Made by a program: the position numbers and the translations under genes. Positions 36,552 to 44,872 of a DNA stretch of 58,329 nt are shown one piece after another. Every line of letters starts with the position of its first letter. Positions within the stretch are counted from its first letter, which is position 1. Origin of the DNA: Ignavibacteria bacterium (lineage in GTDB: Bacteria > Bacteroidota > Ignavibacteria > Tepidaquicellales > OLB5); the NCBI GenBank assembly GCA_043744495.1, contig JAYTUN010000139.1, positions 1 to 58,329 of the forward strand, written 5' to 3'. Below the pieces are notes generated by a model. It searched no databases, was not told the DNA's origin, and worked only from the letters and a program-made list of their open reading frames with translations.

Positions 36552-38189
36552 TTATTTTATCAAAATCAATTTTTTTGCTTCGGAAAAAATATCTGATGAA
36601 AGCCTGTAGTAATAGGTTCCGCTGGAAAGCCGGCTTCCATCAAAATCTACTTCATATGTACCGGGTGAGAGCTGTTGGTTAACAAGTGTTTCTATTTGCC
36701 TGCCGAGGTTATCGTAAATGGTTAACCTCACCCCCAACCCCTCTCCGAAGGAGAGGGGGGTGACTGGAATTTCGAATTTTATTTTAGTAGATGGATTAAA
36801 CGGATTCGGATAATTCTGCCCGAGCGAAAATTCCTTGGGTATCTCTGATGATATGGGCGTTATTCCTATCGGCTGCGAATATTTTATTGTGGCATAGTTA
36901 TCAGTTGACCCGATTCCAAGACTCGAGCCGGTAACATACACATTACCCGAACCGTCTAATGCTATTGCACTTGCGTGATCCGAGCCATTTTGCAATCCGT
37001 TATATCTTGCTGCCCACTGCTGAACTCCTGATGAACTGTATCTTATTGTAGCATAGTCAGCATATATTCCAAAACTATTTCCTGTTACATATACATTACC
37101 CGAGCCGTCCACTGCAACTGAGTAAGCAAAATCTTCAGCATTAAACGGTCCGTTATATCTCCCGACCCACTGCTGATCACCTGAGGAATTGTATTTAATT
37201 GTGCCATAATCCCAATCCGTTCCGCTTCCAAAACTCCTGCCTGTTACATACACATTACCTGTGCCGTCCACCGCAATTGCATATGCCCTGTCCGAGCTGT
37301 TTCCCGGTCCGGTATATCTACTGGCCCATTGTCCAACACCTGAGGAATTAATTTTTAATGTGGCATAGTCAGAAAGTGTTCCGCTGCTGATACTATAACC
37401 TGTTACATACACATTGCCTGAGCCGTCTACTGCGATTGAATTTGCCTCATCCCAGTCATTTCCCGGTCCGTTATATATATGATCCCACTGCAGGACACCT
37501 GAAGTATTGTATTTTAATGTGCCATAGTCATTATCATTTCCACTCCACTGAACCCTTCCTGTTACATACACATTTCCTGAGCCATCTACTGCGATTGAAT
37601 TTGCATAATCCGAGCCATTTTGCAATCCGTTATATCTCCCAACCCACTGCTGAACTCCTGATGTATTATATTTTATTGTGACATAGTCAAAATTTCCCCC
37701 GCTTCCCACACTCTCACCTGTCACATATACATTGCCTGAGCCATCTATTGCAATGGAATTTGCATAATCATAACCATTTGACGCGTTATATCTTTGAACC
37801 CATTGCTCTATACCTGAGGAATTGTATTTTACTGTGGCATAGTCATAATTTGAAGCTCCCCCCCAGCTAGAACCTGTTACATACACATTCCCTTCACCGT
37901 CCACCTTCATAGACTTAGCAATATCTTCTGTATTTCCGGTTCCGTTATATCTTGAAACCCATTGCTGGACACCTGCCGAATTATATTTTATTGTGGCATA
38001 GTCCTTTCCGGTTCCGGTTCCTACACTCACACCCGTTACATATACATTGCCTGAGCCATCCACCGCGATTGAATTTGCATTATCATTTCCATTTCCCGGT
38101 CCGTTATATAATGAGACCCAATCCTCAGTAACCTGCGTAAAAACCTGGGAGGATGAAAATATAAATAATATTAATATAATTTTAATCAT
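36552..38189 (-). CDS. SBBP beta-propeller repeat protein with T9SS C-terminal sorting domain
   Basis: About 10 SBBP repeats (YNG.GN..D.ANSIAVDGSGNVYVTG). Tail is NYPNPFNPSTKIKFEIP...LTIYDNLGRQ...GTYYYRL. Confidence 0.8.
   Translation of the reverse strand: MIKIILILFIFSSSQVFTQVTEDWVSLYNGPGNGNDNANSIAVDGSGNVYVTGVSVGTGTGKDYATIKYNSAGVQQWVSRYNGTGNTEDIAKSMKVDGEGNVYVTGSSWGGASNYDYATVKYNSSGIEQWVQRYNASNGYDYANSIAIDGSGNVYVTGESVGSGGNFDYVTIKYNTSGVQQWVGRYNGLQNGSDYANSIAVDGSGNVYVTGRVQWSGNDNDYGTLKYNTSGVLQWDHIYNGPGNDWDEANSIAVDGSGNVYVTGYSISSGTLSDYATLKINSSGVGQWASRYTGPGNSSDRAYAIAVDGTGNVYVTGRSFGSGTDWDYGTIKYNSSGDQQWVGRYNGPFNAEDFAYSVAVDGSGNVYVTGNSFGIYADYATIRYSSSGVQQWAARYNGLQNGSDHASAIALDGSGNVYVTGSSLGIGSTDNYATIKYSQPIGITPISSEIPKEFSLGQNYPNPFNPSTKIKFEIPVTPLSFGEGLGVRLTIYDNLGRQIETLVNQQLSPGTYEVDFDGSRLSSGTYYYRLSSDIFSEAKKLILIK
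36726..36762. repeat. Family B GC-rich hairpin repeat inside the CDS
   Basis: cctcacccccaacccctctccgaaggagaggggggtg, translated on the minus strand as VTPLSFGEGLGV. Confidence 0.7.
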
Positions 38190-38250
38190 TTTCTTTCCTA
38201 TCTATGTAATTTTGTTTTTAGAATTTAATTATTGGATAATTAGTTGACTG

Positions 38251-39474
38251 TTATTTGATCAATATCATTTTTTTCTTTTCTGAATAAACACCAGACAATA
38301 GTCTATAATAGTACACACCGCTTGGATACCCAACCGCATTCCAATCAACTTCATACGTTCCGGGTTTCAATTGCTCGTTTACTAACATTGCAACTTCTCT
38401 GCCAAGAACATCATAAATTCGTAGAGAAACACTGCGCGTGTCTGAATGAGATGCATGCAATGCAACACTACCAATAGTGAATTGAATCTTCGTCGTTGGA
38501 TTAAAAGGATTTGGATAATTTTGCGATAAAGAAAAGCCTTTCGGTATTTCGGTTGATATTGGCTGAATGCCTACCAATTCTCCAAGCGGTCTTCTATATA
38601 TACCGCTATTATCTATACCGGCAAATATGTAATTATTTAATATCATTAAGGCATATATCCAAGCGTTACCTAGACCTTCATTTCTTTGTATCCAGCTTCC
38701 TCCATTATCATTGGATATATAAACTCCGTTTAAGTAAGTCCCAGCAAATACATTATTTCCATTTACCGCTAACGAAAAAATACTTTGATTATTTAGAGTG
38801 TGAGTCCAGTTTAATCCGTTGTTTGTAGATAAATAGACACCATCATAGTAAGCGCCGGCAAATACATTATCTCCATTTACTGCTAACGAATGAATACCTA
38901 TATTATTTAAACCAGCTTGAGACCAGTTTACCCCATTATTTGTAGATAAATATACGCCGTTTGAAGGATACGTACCTGCAAAGATATTATTTGCATTTAC
39001 CGCCAACGATACAACTGAACCTGTATTAAAAGAAGATTGAGCCCAGCTAGTACCGTTATCGGTAGAAAAGTATATGCCGTAAGTAAAGGTTCCGGCAAAG
39101 ATATAATTTCCTTTTACTGCCAAGGAAGTAACCTCTCTATTATTCAAAGAAGTTTGAACCCAGCTTGTGCCGTTATTTGTAGATAAATATACACCCTGAC
39201 CCATAGTACCTGCAAAGATATTATTTGCGTTTACAATTATTGATGTAACCCATAGATTATTTAATGAAGTTTGAGTCCAGTTTGAACCGTTGTTTGTAGA
39301 TAAATACATTCCAGTTAAATTCCTATCTCCGGCAAAGATATTACTTCCATTTACTGCAAGCGTCCATACACGAATACCGGTTAATCCAGACGGCACCCAT
39401 TGAGCTGTTGAGCTGTTAAAAAAACCAAAAAGCAAAAAAATATATATCATGTGTGTTATTTTAAGTACTTTCAT
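38251..39474 (-). CDS. Beta-propeller protein with degenerate Asp-box (BNR-like) repeats and T9SS C-terminal sorting domain
   Basis: About 8 repeats of NIFAGT...GVYLSTNNG.SW.Q..LNN (one is the canonical STDNGTSW). Tail is NYPNPFNPTTKIQF...RIYDVLGRE...GVYYYRL. Confidence 0.7.
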   Translation of the reverse strand: MKVLKITHMIYIFLLFGFFNSSTAQWVPSGLTGIRVWTLAVNGSNIFAGDRNLTGMYLSTNNGSNWTQTSLNNLWVTSIIVNANNIFAGTMGQGVYLSTNNGTSWVQTSLNNREVTSLAVKGNYIFAGTFTYGIYFSTDNGTSWAQSSFNTGSVVSLAVNANNIFAGTYPSNGVYLSTNNGVNWSQAGLNNIGIHSLAVNGDNVFAGAYYDGVYLSTNNGLNWTHTLNNQSIFSLAVNGNNVFAGTYLNGVYISNDNGGSWIQRNEGLGNAWIYALMILNNYIFAGIDNSGIYRRPLGELVGIQPISTEIPKGFSLSQNYPNPFNPTTKIQFTIGSVALHASHSDTRSVSLRIYDVLGREVAMLVNEQLKPGTYEVDWNAVGYPSGVYYYRLLSGVYSEKKKMILIK

Positions 39475-39527
39475 TTTGTTTTATTAAAACATATTGATTT
39501 ATTAATTTTCATTACTTTGTTTAATCT

Positions 39528-40325
39528 TTACAGAACAAATTTGATACCGGAGTAAATAAACCAGTTACGGGCTTTAACAGAGCTTACGTAGCTGCTTGTT
39601 GAACCCTGCTCTATTAAATTATTTAATCCGCCGTGCTCATACTTTACACCAAGCAGAACACCCATAAAGCGGTTAAAAAAATAATTTCCCTGTACTGTTG
39701 CTACAATGCCCAGATCAATATTACTTAGCTGGTAGTACTGATTTTTTTCCTGGGAGAGAAGTATTCCAACATAGGGACCAGCCGCAAGATCTATCTGCAC
39801 TTTTTTTCCAACATCAAAATTGAACGCGAACATAAGCGGTATGTTGATATAATTTGCGTTTCCCTGCCCTGAGCCGCCGGTTGAAAATCCTTTAGAAGAA
39901 TAGTTAAATCCTGTACCAAGAGCTAATCCCAAAAGATTGAAATTTACATTAACCCCAATCATTGGTCCGGTTTTTGAATTTGCATTGCTTAAGCCGGTAG
40001 TATCTCCATTAACATCAAACTGAGTATTAGATATCCCGACACCAAAAATAACATCAAGGTTCAGCCCGAAGAAACTGCTGCCAAGTCCGCGCTGTTTGCT
40101 GTTTTGATTATTCATCTTATTCTCATATTCTTTTGATTGCTGAGAATAAACCTTCATCAGGCTATCGCGCATCTTTGCATAATATAACGAGTCATTGTAA
40201 CTTTTATGCAGACTGTCATTTTGCGCCTGAACCGATACCGTGCTAATAGAAAGCATAATTACCAGCAGCGGCATTACGTTTTTTATAAATATCCGGTTGA
40301 TTGATGATTTTATTTTGTTATTCAT
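39528..40325 (-). CDS. Outer-membrane beta-barrel protein (porin-family/PorT-like)
   Basis: Signal peptide, then a coiled low-complexity linker, then amphipathic strands ending ..FIYSGIKFVL. Confidence 0.6.
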   Translation of the reverse strand: MNNKIKSSINRIFIKNVMPLLVIMLSISTVSVQAQNDSLHKSYNDSLYYAKMRDSLMKVYSQQSKEYENKMNNQNSKQRGLGSSFFGLNLDVIFGVGISNTQFDVNGDTTGLSNANSKTGPMIGVNVNFNLLGLALGTGFNYSSKGFSTGGSGQGNANYINIPLMFAFNFDVGKKVQIDLAAGPYVGILLSQEKNQYYQLSNIDLGIVATVQGNYFFNRFMGVLLGVKYEHGGLNNLIEQGSTSSYVSSVKARNWFIYSGIKFVL

Positions 40326-40704
40326 AGAATTTCTCCTTTTTTAATATTGCTTTTTCAGATGGATGGAATACAGTTTAATTGCCGCTCTTATTACTTTATC
40401 CTGTGTGCTGTTTAAGTTCATCTGAATTTTCTTTATCCTATTATGTGTTGATGGCTTAAGCCGGTAACCTTTAGATATTGTTATAATACTGTTTTTGCCT
40501 GCTCTCATATTTCATTTATCCCCAATGTATGTGCACTTCATTGTGCACCTCTTGCGAAGATACTGACTTATGCTTGGCGTAGAAAAGAGAAATTCTGATA
40601 AAAATGACAATAATAAATTTAAGTTATTGTAAAATTGCTTGATTTTTATAAATTTTCTAGCTTTTTTACAGAAAGAATGGGACAATAAAACCGCGGTAAA
40701 AGTT

Positions 40705-42144
40705 ATGAAAGAAATTAAATTAACTGCAATTTTGAAAACTTTCTCTAAAGAAGAGTTTAAAGAATTTGAAAAGTTTATAGATTCCCCGTTTTTTTCTTCC
40801 GGCAGGAACCTAAAGCCGCTTTACCTGGCTATGAAGAAATTTTATCCCGATTTTGATACGGGAAATTTCAACAATGAAAATGTTTTTGCTTTGATGTATA
40901 AAAACCGGGACTTTAATATCACGCTCTTCAGAAAACTTATTTCCGATATGACACAAAGAGCTGAAGAGTATTTGGTTCAAGCGGCTCTTGGAAAACATAC
41001 TTATTATGAATATATCCTGAAATTAAAAGAAGCTAATAACCGGGGACTCGTAAAACAGTTTGAAAAGTATTACCGCGAAGCAGAAACTTTTGTAAAGTAT
41101 AATTCGTTTTCTTCTGATGTGGAAAACAGGATGCTGCATGAACTGCTTGAGATCAGGATTGACAATTATTATGAAAGGGGATTGCAGAACAAAACAAATG
41201 ACATGATTATTGAAAGTAGTGGATTAATGATCAGTTCGTTTTTATATACTCTGATAAGTAACCTGCAGTCAATACACGTAAATGAAAAATCATTTGCAAA
41301 AGCAGGTAAAAAGGATATTATTAATAATTTTATTAATACATTTGATTTTGATAATTTTGCCAGAACCAGTAATGACCCAAAAATAAAAATATATAATTTA
41401 TTTATTCACCAGGTTAATGGTAGTTATAATAAACACACTATAATTGAACTTAAAGAACAACTGAATAAACAAAAAAGTGTTTTTCACCTCTCGGAACTTT
41501 ACGAATTATATAAAGGCTTAGCCGGTATGTGTGTAGAGCTTGCCGGAGGCAAGCCCGATAAAATAGAGTATCAAAAACTATTATTTGAAATATACAGGGA
41601 TGTTCTGAATAATGATGTTTTGGTTAATCCATTAACGGGTTCAGTTGATCTGCAGCGCTTTAGAAACATATTCAATACAGCGCTGGATATTTCTGAAACA
41701 GAGTGGGCTGAACAATTTCTTAAGAAGTATCTCCATACCCTCCAGAAAGAACATATCAGTAATATGGAACATTTCTTCTACGGAAAGATAGAATGTATAA
41801 AAGGAAATTTTGAAAAGACACTTGAATATTTCTCTAAGCTTGACCAGGCTCAATTCATATTTATGAAAGATCTGAAATATGAATACCTGAAATGCTATTA
41901 CGCCCTGGGACATACAGAAAGCGCTATTTCGCTTGTTGATTCTTTCAGGCATTTTGTCAGCAATAACGATACTGTTCCGGAGTTTCAGAGAAAAGAAGTT
42001 TTAGATTTTCTAAAAAAATATATGTTGCTTGTTAACCTGAAAATAAAATATTCTAAAAATAAATACGATGAACTTGAGCTGTTACTGAAAGATTCAAAAG
42101 ATTCATGGTTTTATAAATGCCTGAAAGAAATTAAAGCATCCTGA
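40705..42144 (+). CDS. Hypothetical alpha-helical protein
   Basis: Long ORF. I prefer the ATG at 40705 (MKEIKLTAILKTFSKEEFKEFEKFIDSPFF). Helical/TPR-like composition. No family recognised. Confidence 0.5.
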   Translation: MKEIKLTAILKTFSKEEFKEFEKFIDSPFFSSGRNLKPLYLAMKKFYPDFDTGNFNNENVFALMYKNRDFNITLFRKLISDMTQRAEEYLVQAALGKHTYYEYILKLKEANNRGLVKQFEKYYREAETFVKYNSFSSDVENRMLHELLEIRIDNYYERGLQNKTNDMIIESSGLMISSFLYTLISNLQSIHVNEKSFAKAGKKDIINNFINTFDFDNFARTSNDPKIKIYNLFIHQVNGSYNKHTIIELKEQLNKQKSVFHLSELYELYKGLAGMCVELAGGKPDKIEYQKLLFEIYRDVLNNDVLVNPLTGSVDLQRFRNIFNTALDISETEWAEQFLKKYLHTLQKEHISNMEHFFYGKIECIKGNFEKTLEYFSKLDQAQFIFMKDLKYEYLKCYYALGHTESAISLVDSFRHFVSNNDTVPEFQRKEVLDFLKKYMLLVNLKIKYSKNKYDELELLLKDSKDSWFYKCLKEIKAS

Positions 42145-42159
42145 ATAAATAAAATTAAA

Positions 42160-42894
42160 TTGAAACCGGAACAAAAATACGTTATGATATTAATCTTATA
42201 TGTTTCAGCAATTATGCTGTTTTCCTGTTCCAGGGAGGAAGTGAAATCCAATAATCCAAATAACATCTTAAATAAAAAAAGTGACTCAACTCTTAATAAT
42301 AAATTTACATTAACTGATAACCAGAAAAAAGTTTTAGCCGGCGCGAAGAAGTGTCTGGAAGCTAAGTTCAGCTATGATATGACAATGGGTTATTATGTAC
42401 TGACCTATAAGGATGGCATTAATACAGGCAGAAAAGTTTTTCCGGGCGGAGATATGGATCCGGCAATGGGTGTTTGCACTGATGTTACAATTAGAGCATT
42501 AAGAATGGGCGGTGTTTGCGACCTGCAGGAAGAAATTTATAATGACCTTAAAACAAGCTGGAGTGATTACCCAATGAGCAGGTGGGGCGCAAAGAAACCT
42601 GATCCTAATATTGACCAGCGCCGGGTTCCAAACCAAATGGTGTGGTTCAGTAAATACTGGAGTGTTATTGAAGCAGATGATTACCAACCGGGCGATATTG
42701 TAGCATGGGATATGAATGGCGACGGATGGGGGGACCATATAGGGATTGTATCGGATGACCCCTCCCCAACCCTCCCCGAAGGAGAAGACGAAAAAAGATT
42801 TTTGCTAATTCATAATTTTCCCGACCCTGGTTATGTTGCAGAAGAAGATGTATTGCATGAATGGAATGTAATTGGGCATTATAGGATTAAATAG
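42160..42894 (+). CDS. DUF1287-like lipoprotein
   Basis: LFSC lipobox. GVCTDVTIRALR, NIDQRRVPNQ, PGDIVAW...HIGIVSD and IGHYR resemble DUF1287 as I recall it. Confidence 0.6.
   Translation: MKPEQKYVMILILYVSAIMLFSCSREEVKSNNPNNILNKKSDSTLNNKFTLTDNQKKVLAGAKKCLEAKFSYDMTMGYYVLTYKDGINTGRKVFPGGDMDPAMGVCTDVTIRALRMGGVCDLQEEIYNDLKTSWSDYPMSRWGAKKPDPNIDQRRVPNQMVWFSKYWSVIEADDYQPGDIVAWDMNGDGWGDHIGIVSDDPSPTLPEGEDEKRFLLIHNFPDPGYVAEEDVLHEWNVIGHYRIK
42759..42788. repeat. Degenerate family B repeat inside the CDS
   Basis: cccctccccaaccctccccgaaggagaag, translated as PSPTLPEGE. Confidence 0.6.
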
Positions 42895-42968
42895 CTCAGA
42901 ATAATTTAACACAGAATTATACAGCGAAGTGGCGAGTTATTTAATTGGTTAATAAGTTTGTTTGGTTA

Positions 42969-43238
42969 TTAAGTCACCTTACGCAAAACCATACTCTTCT
43001 TTCCTCCGAGGGAGTCCTTGCAAAGCATCCTTTGGATCGGACAAACTCCAGTTTGGAAAGCATTTTTCAAGCGAAACTCCGTTAAGCACTTCCCTATTAA
43101 GGTTGTAAAGTTGCTGCTAAACTGGAGTTTAGCAGCGAGGGGACGGTGGTTTTTTATGCGAAGCATCCTTTGGATAATTTTAGTTTGGGTTTACGGTTAA
43201 TTTGATACCATTTAGATAAATTGCGTAAGGTGAGTTAT
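42969..43238. mobile_element. MITE-like repeat, family A, copy 3, with terminal inverted repeats
   Basis: tcaccttacgcaa (42974-42986) and ttgcgtaaggtga (43221-43233) are perfect 13-bp inverted repeats. The flanks extend the match imperfectly. Confidence 0.7.
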
Positions 43239-43342
43239 TAATTTGAAAATGACCTTTACATTTTTTTAAATGAATATATTTGCTATATTTAGGTAGTTTA
43301 ATCACACATTATCAACTTAATTAATCAATTCTGAAAGGAGAA

Positions 43343-44725
43343 ATGATTATGTATTCTTTTAAAACTTCACTTAAATCAAAGGCTGCAGTCAGTATTCATA
43401 TTGCAGTACTTACATTTATTCTAAATTTAAGCACAGCCAATGCACAGACCGGATGGTATGATTTGGGTACCGGAGCAAACAATTGGGTTTGGTGTGCGAC
43501 CATTTACGGTGGCTATCTAACAGTCGGCGGAGATTTCACGAATGTCAGCGGGGTTTCTGCTAACAGAATAGCCAGATGGAACGGTACTACATGGTCAGCA
43601 TTGGGACTTGGTACCAACGCCCGCGTTTCTGCTTTCACTATATATAACGGTCTGCTGATAGTGGGCGGAAGCTTTACGCAGGTTGGCGGTACTAGTGTGA
43701 ACAGAATTGCTTCATGGAATGGAACCAACTGGACAACCTTAGGTTCCGGATTCAATGACCACGTACAGGCGCTTGCGGTTTATAACACACAGCTTTATGC
43801 AGCAGGAAGTTTTACTTTATCAGGTACAGATAAAGTGAGCAGGATAGCAGTATGGAACGGTACATCATGGGGTCCGGTAGGTCTGGGTTTAGATAATTAT
43901 GCTCTGGCTCTAAGGGTTTACAATAGTGAACTATATGTGGGCGGTGCATTTTTGAACGCAGGCAGTATAGCTGCCAATAGGATTGCTAAGTGGAACGGTA
44001 CTACGTGGACAGCTTTAGGTCTTGGAGTTAATTCCCAAGTCCGGGCGTTTACAACCTTTGGGAGCTTACTCATAGCTGCGGGAGACTTTACAGCAGTTGG
44101 CGGAATAGGTGTCAACAGGATTGCTTCCTGGAACGGGAGCTGGGGAGCTATAGGGCTGGGTACGAATTCAAGTGTTTATGCTTTGACTGTTTTTAACGGT
44201 CAATTGGTTGCAGGAGGTTTTTTTACGAGTGCAGGTGGCATCAGTGCAAATAGGATTGCACAGTGGAGCGGCAGTGTCTGGTCAACATTTGGGAACGGAT
44301 TTACCGGAGGCAACCCGCCGACTTATGTATTGGGTCTGACAGTATATAATTCTCAGCTCATTGCAGGGGGCATTTTTTCGGATGCAGGGGGAACACTTAC
44401 AAATAATATTGCGAGGTGGGTTACATTCGTAGGCGTGAATGGAATTGGGAACACTATTCCTGAAACATATAAGTTGTATCAGAACTATCCCAACCCGTTT
44501 AATCCAAGCACAAAGATACAATTTGCATTGCCAAAGAGTTCGTTTGCAAAGATTGTTGTTTATGATATGCTCGGCAAGGAAATAGAAACGTTAGTCAATG
44601 AGCAGTTAAACGCAGGTACTTACGAAGCAGATTTCGACGGCAGTAAATTATCAAGCGGGGTGTATTATTATAAATTAATTGCTGGGGATTTTACAGAGAC
44701 AAAGAAAATGGTTTTGATGAAATAA
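43343..44725 (+). CDS. Secreted repeat (propeller-like) protein with T9SS C-terminal sorting domain
   Basis: SD aaaggag, signal peptide. About 8 repeats of NRIA.WNG..W..LG.G.N..V.A......L...G.F. Tail is NYPNPFNPSTKIQFALP..VVYDMLGKE..GVYYYKL. Confidence 0.75.
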   Translation: MIMYSFKTSLKSKAAVSIHIAVLTFILNLSTANAQTGWYDLGTGANNWVWCATIYGGYLTVGGDFTNVSGVSANRIARWNGTTWSALGLGTNARVSAFTIYNGLLIVGGSFTQVGGTSVNRIASWNGTNWTTLGSGFNDHVQALAVYNTQLYAAGSFTLSGTDKVSRIAVWNGTSWGPVGLGLDNYALALRVYNSELYVGGAFLNAGSIAANRIAKWNGTTWTALGLGVNSQVRAFTTFGSLLIAAGDFTAVGGIGVNRIASWNGSWGAIGLGTNSSVYALTVFNGQLVAGGFFTSAGGISANRIAQWSGSVWSTFGNGFTGGNPPTYVLGLTVYNSQLIAGGIFSDAGGTLTNNIARWVTFVGVNGIGNTIPETYKLYQNYPNPFNPSTKIQFALPKSSFAKIVVYDMLGKEIETLVNEQLNAGTYEADFDGSKLSSGVYYYKLIAGDFTETKKMVLMK

Positions 44726-44785
44726 CCTCCCGCACTTCGTGCTTCCCCCCTTTCTGAAAGGGGGGATAAAGGGGGGTTAAGATTA

Positions 44786-44811
44786 AGCCCTGCGGAAGCG
44801 GGGCTTTTTTT
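44786..44811 (+). terminator. Rho-independent terminator
   Basis: agccctgc-ggaa-gcggggct followed by ttttttt. Confidence 0.65.
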
Positions 44812-44872
44812 ATTTGTATCAATCGGGGAAATTGTGTGTTATATTTGGGGAAACAAAAAAGAGGAAACTAAA

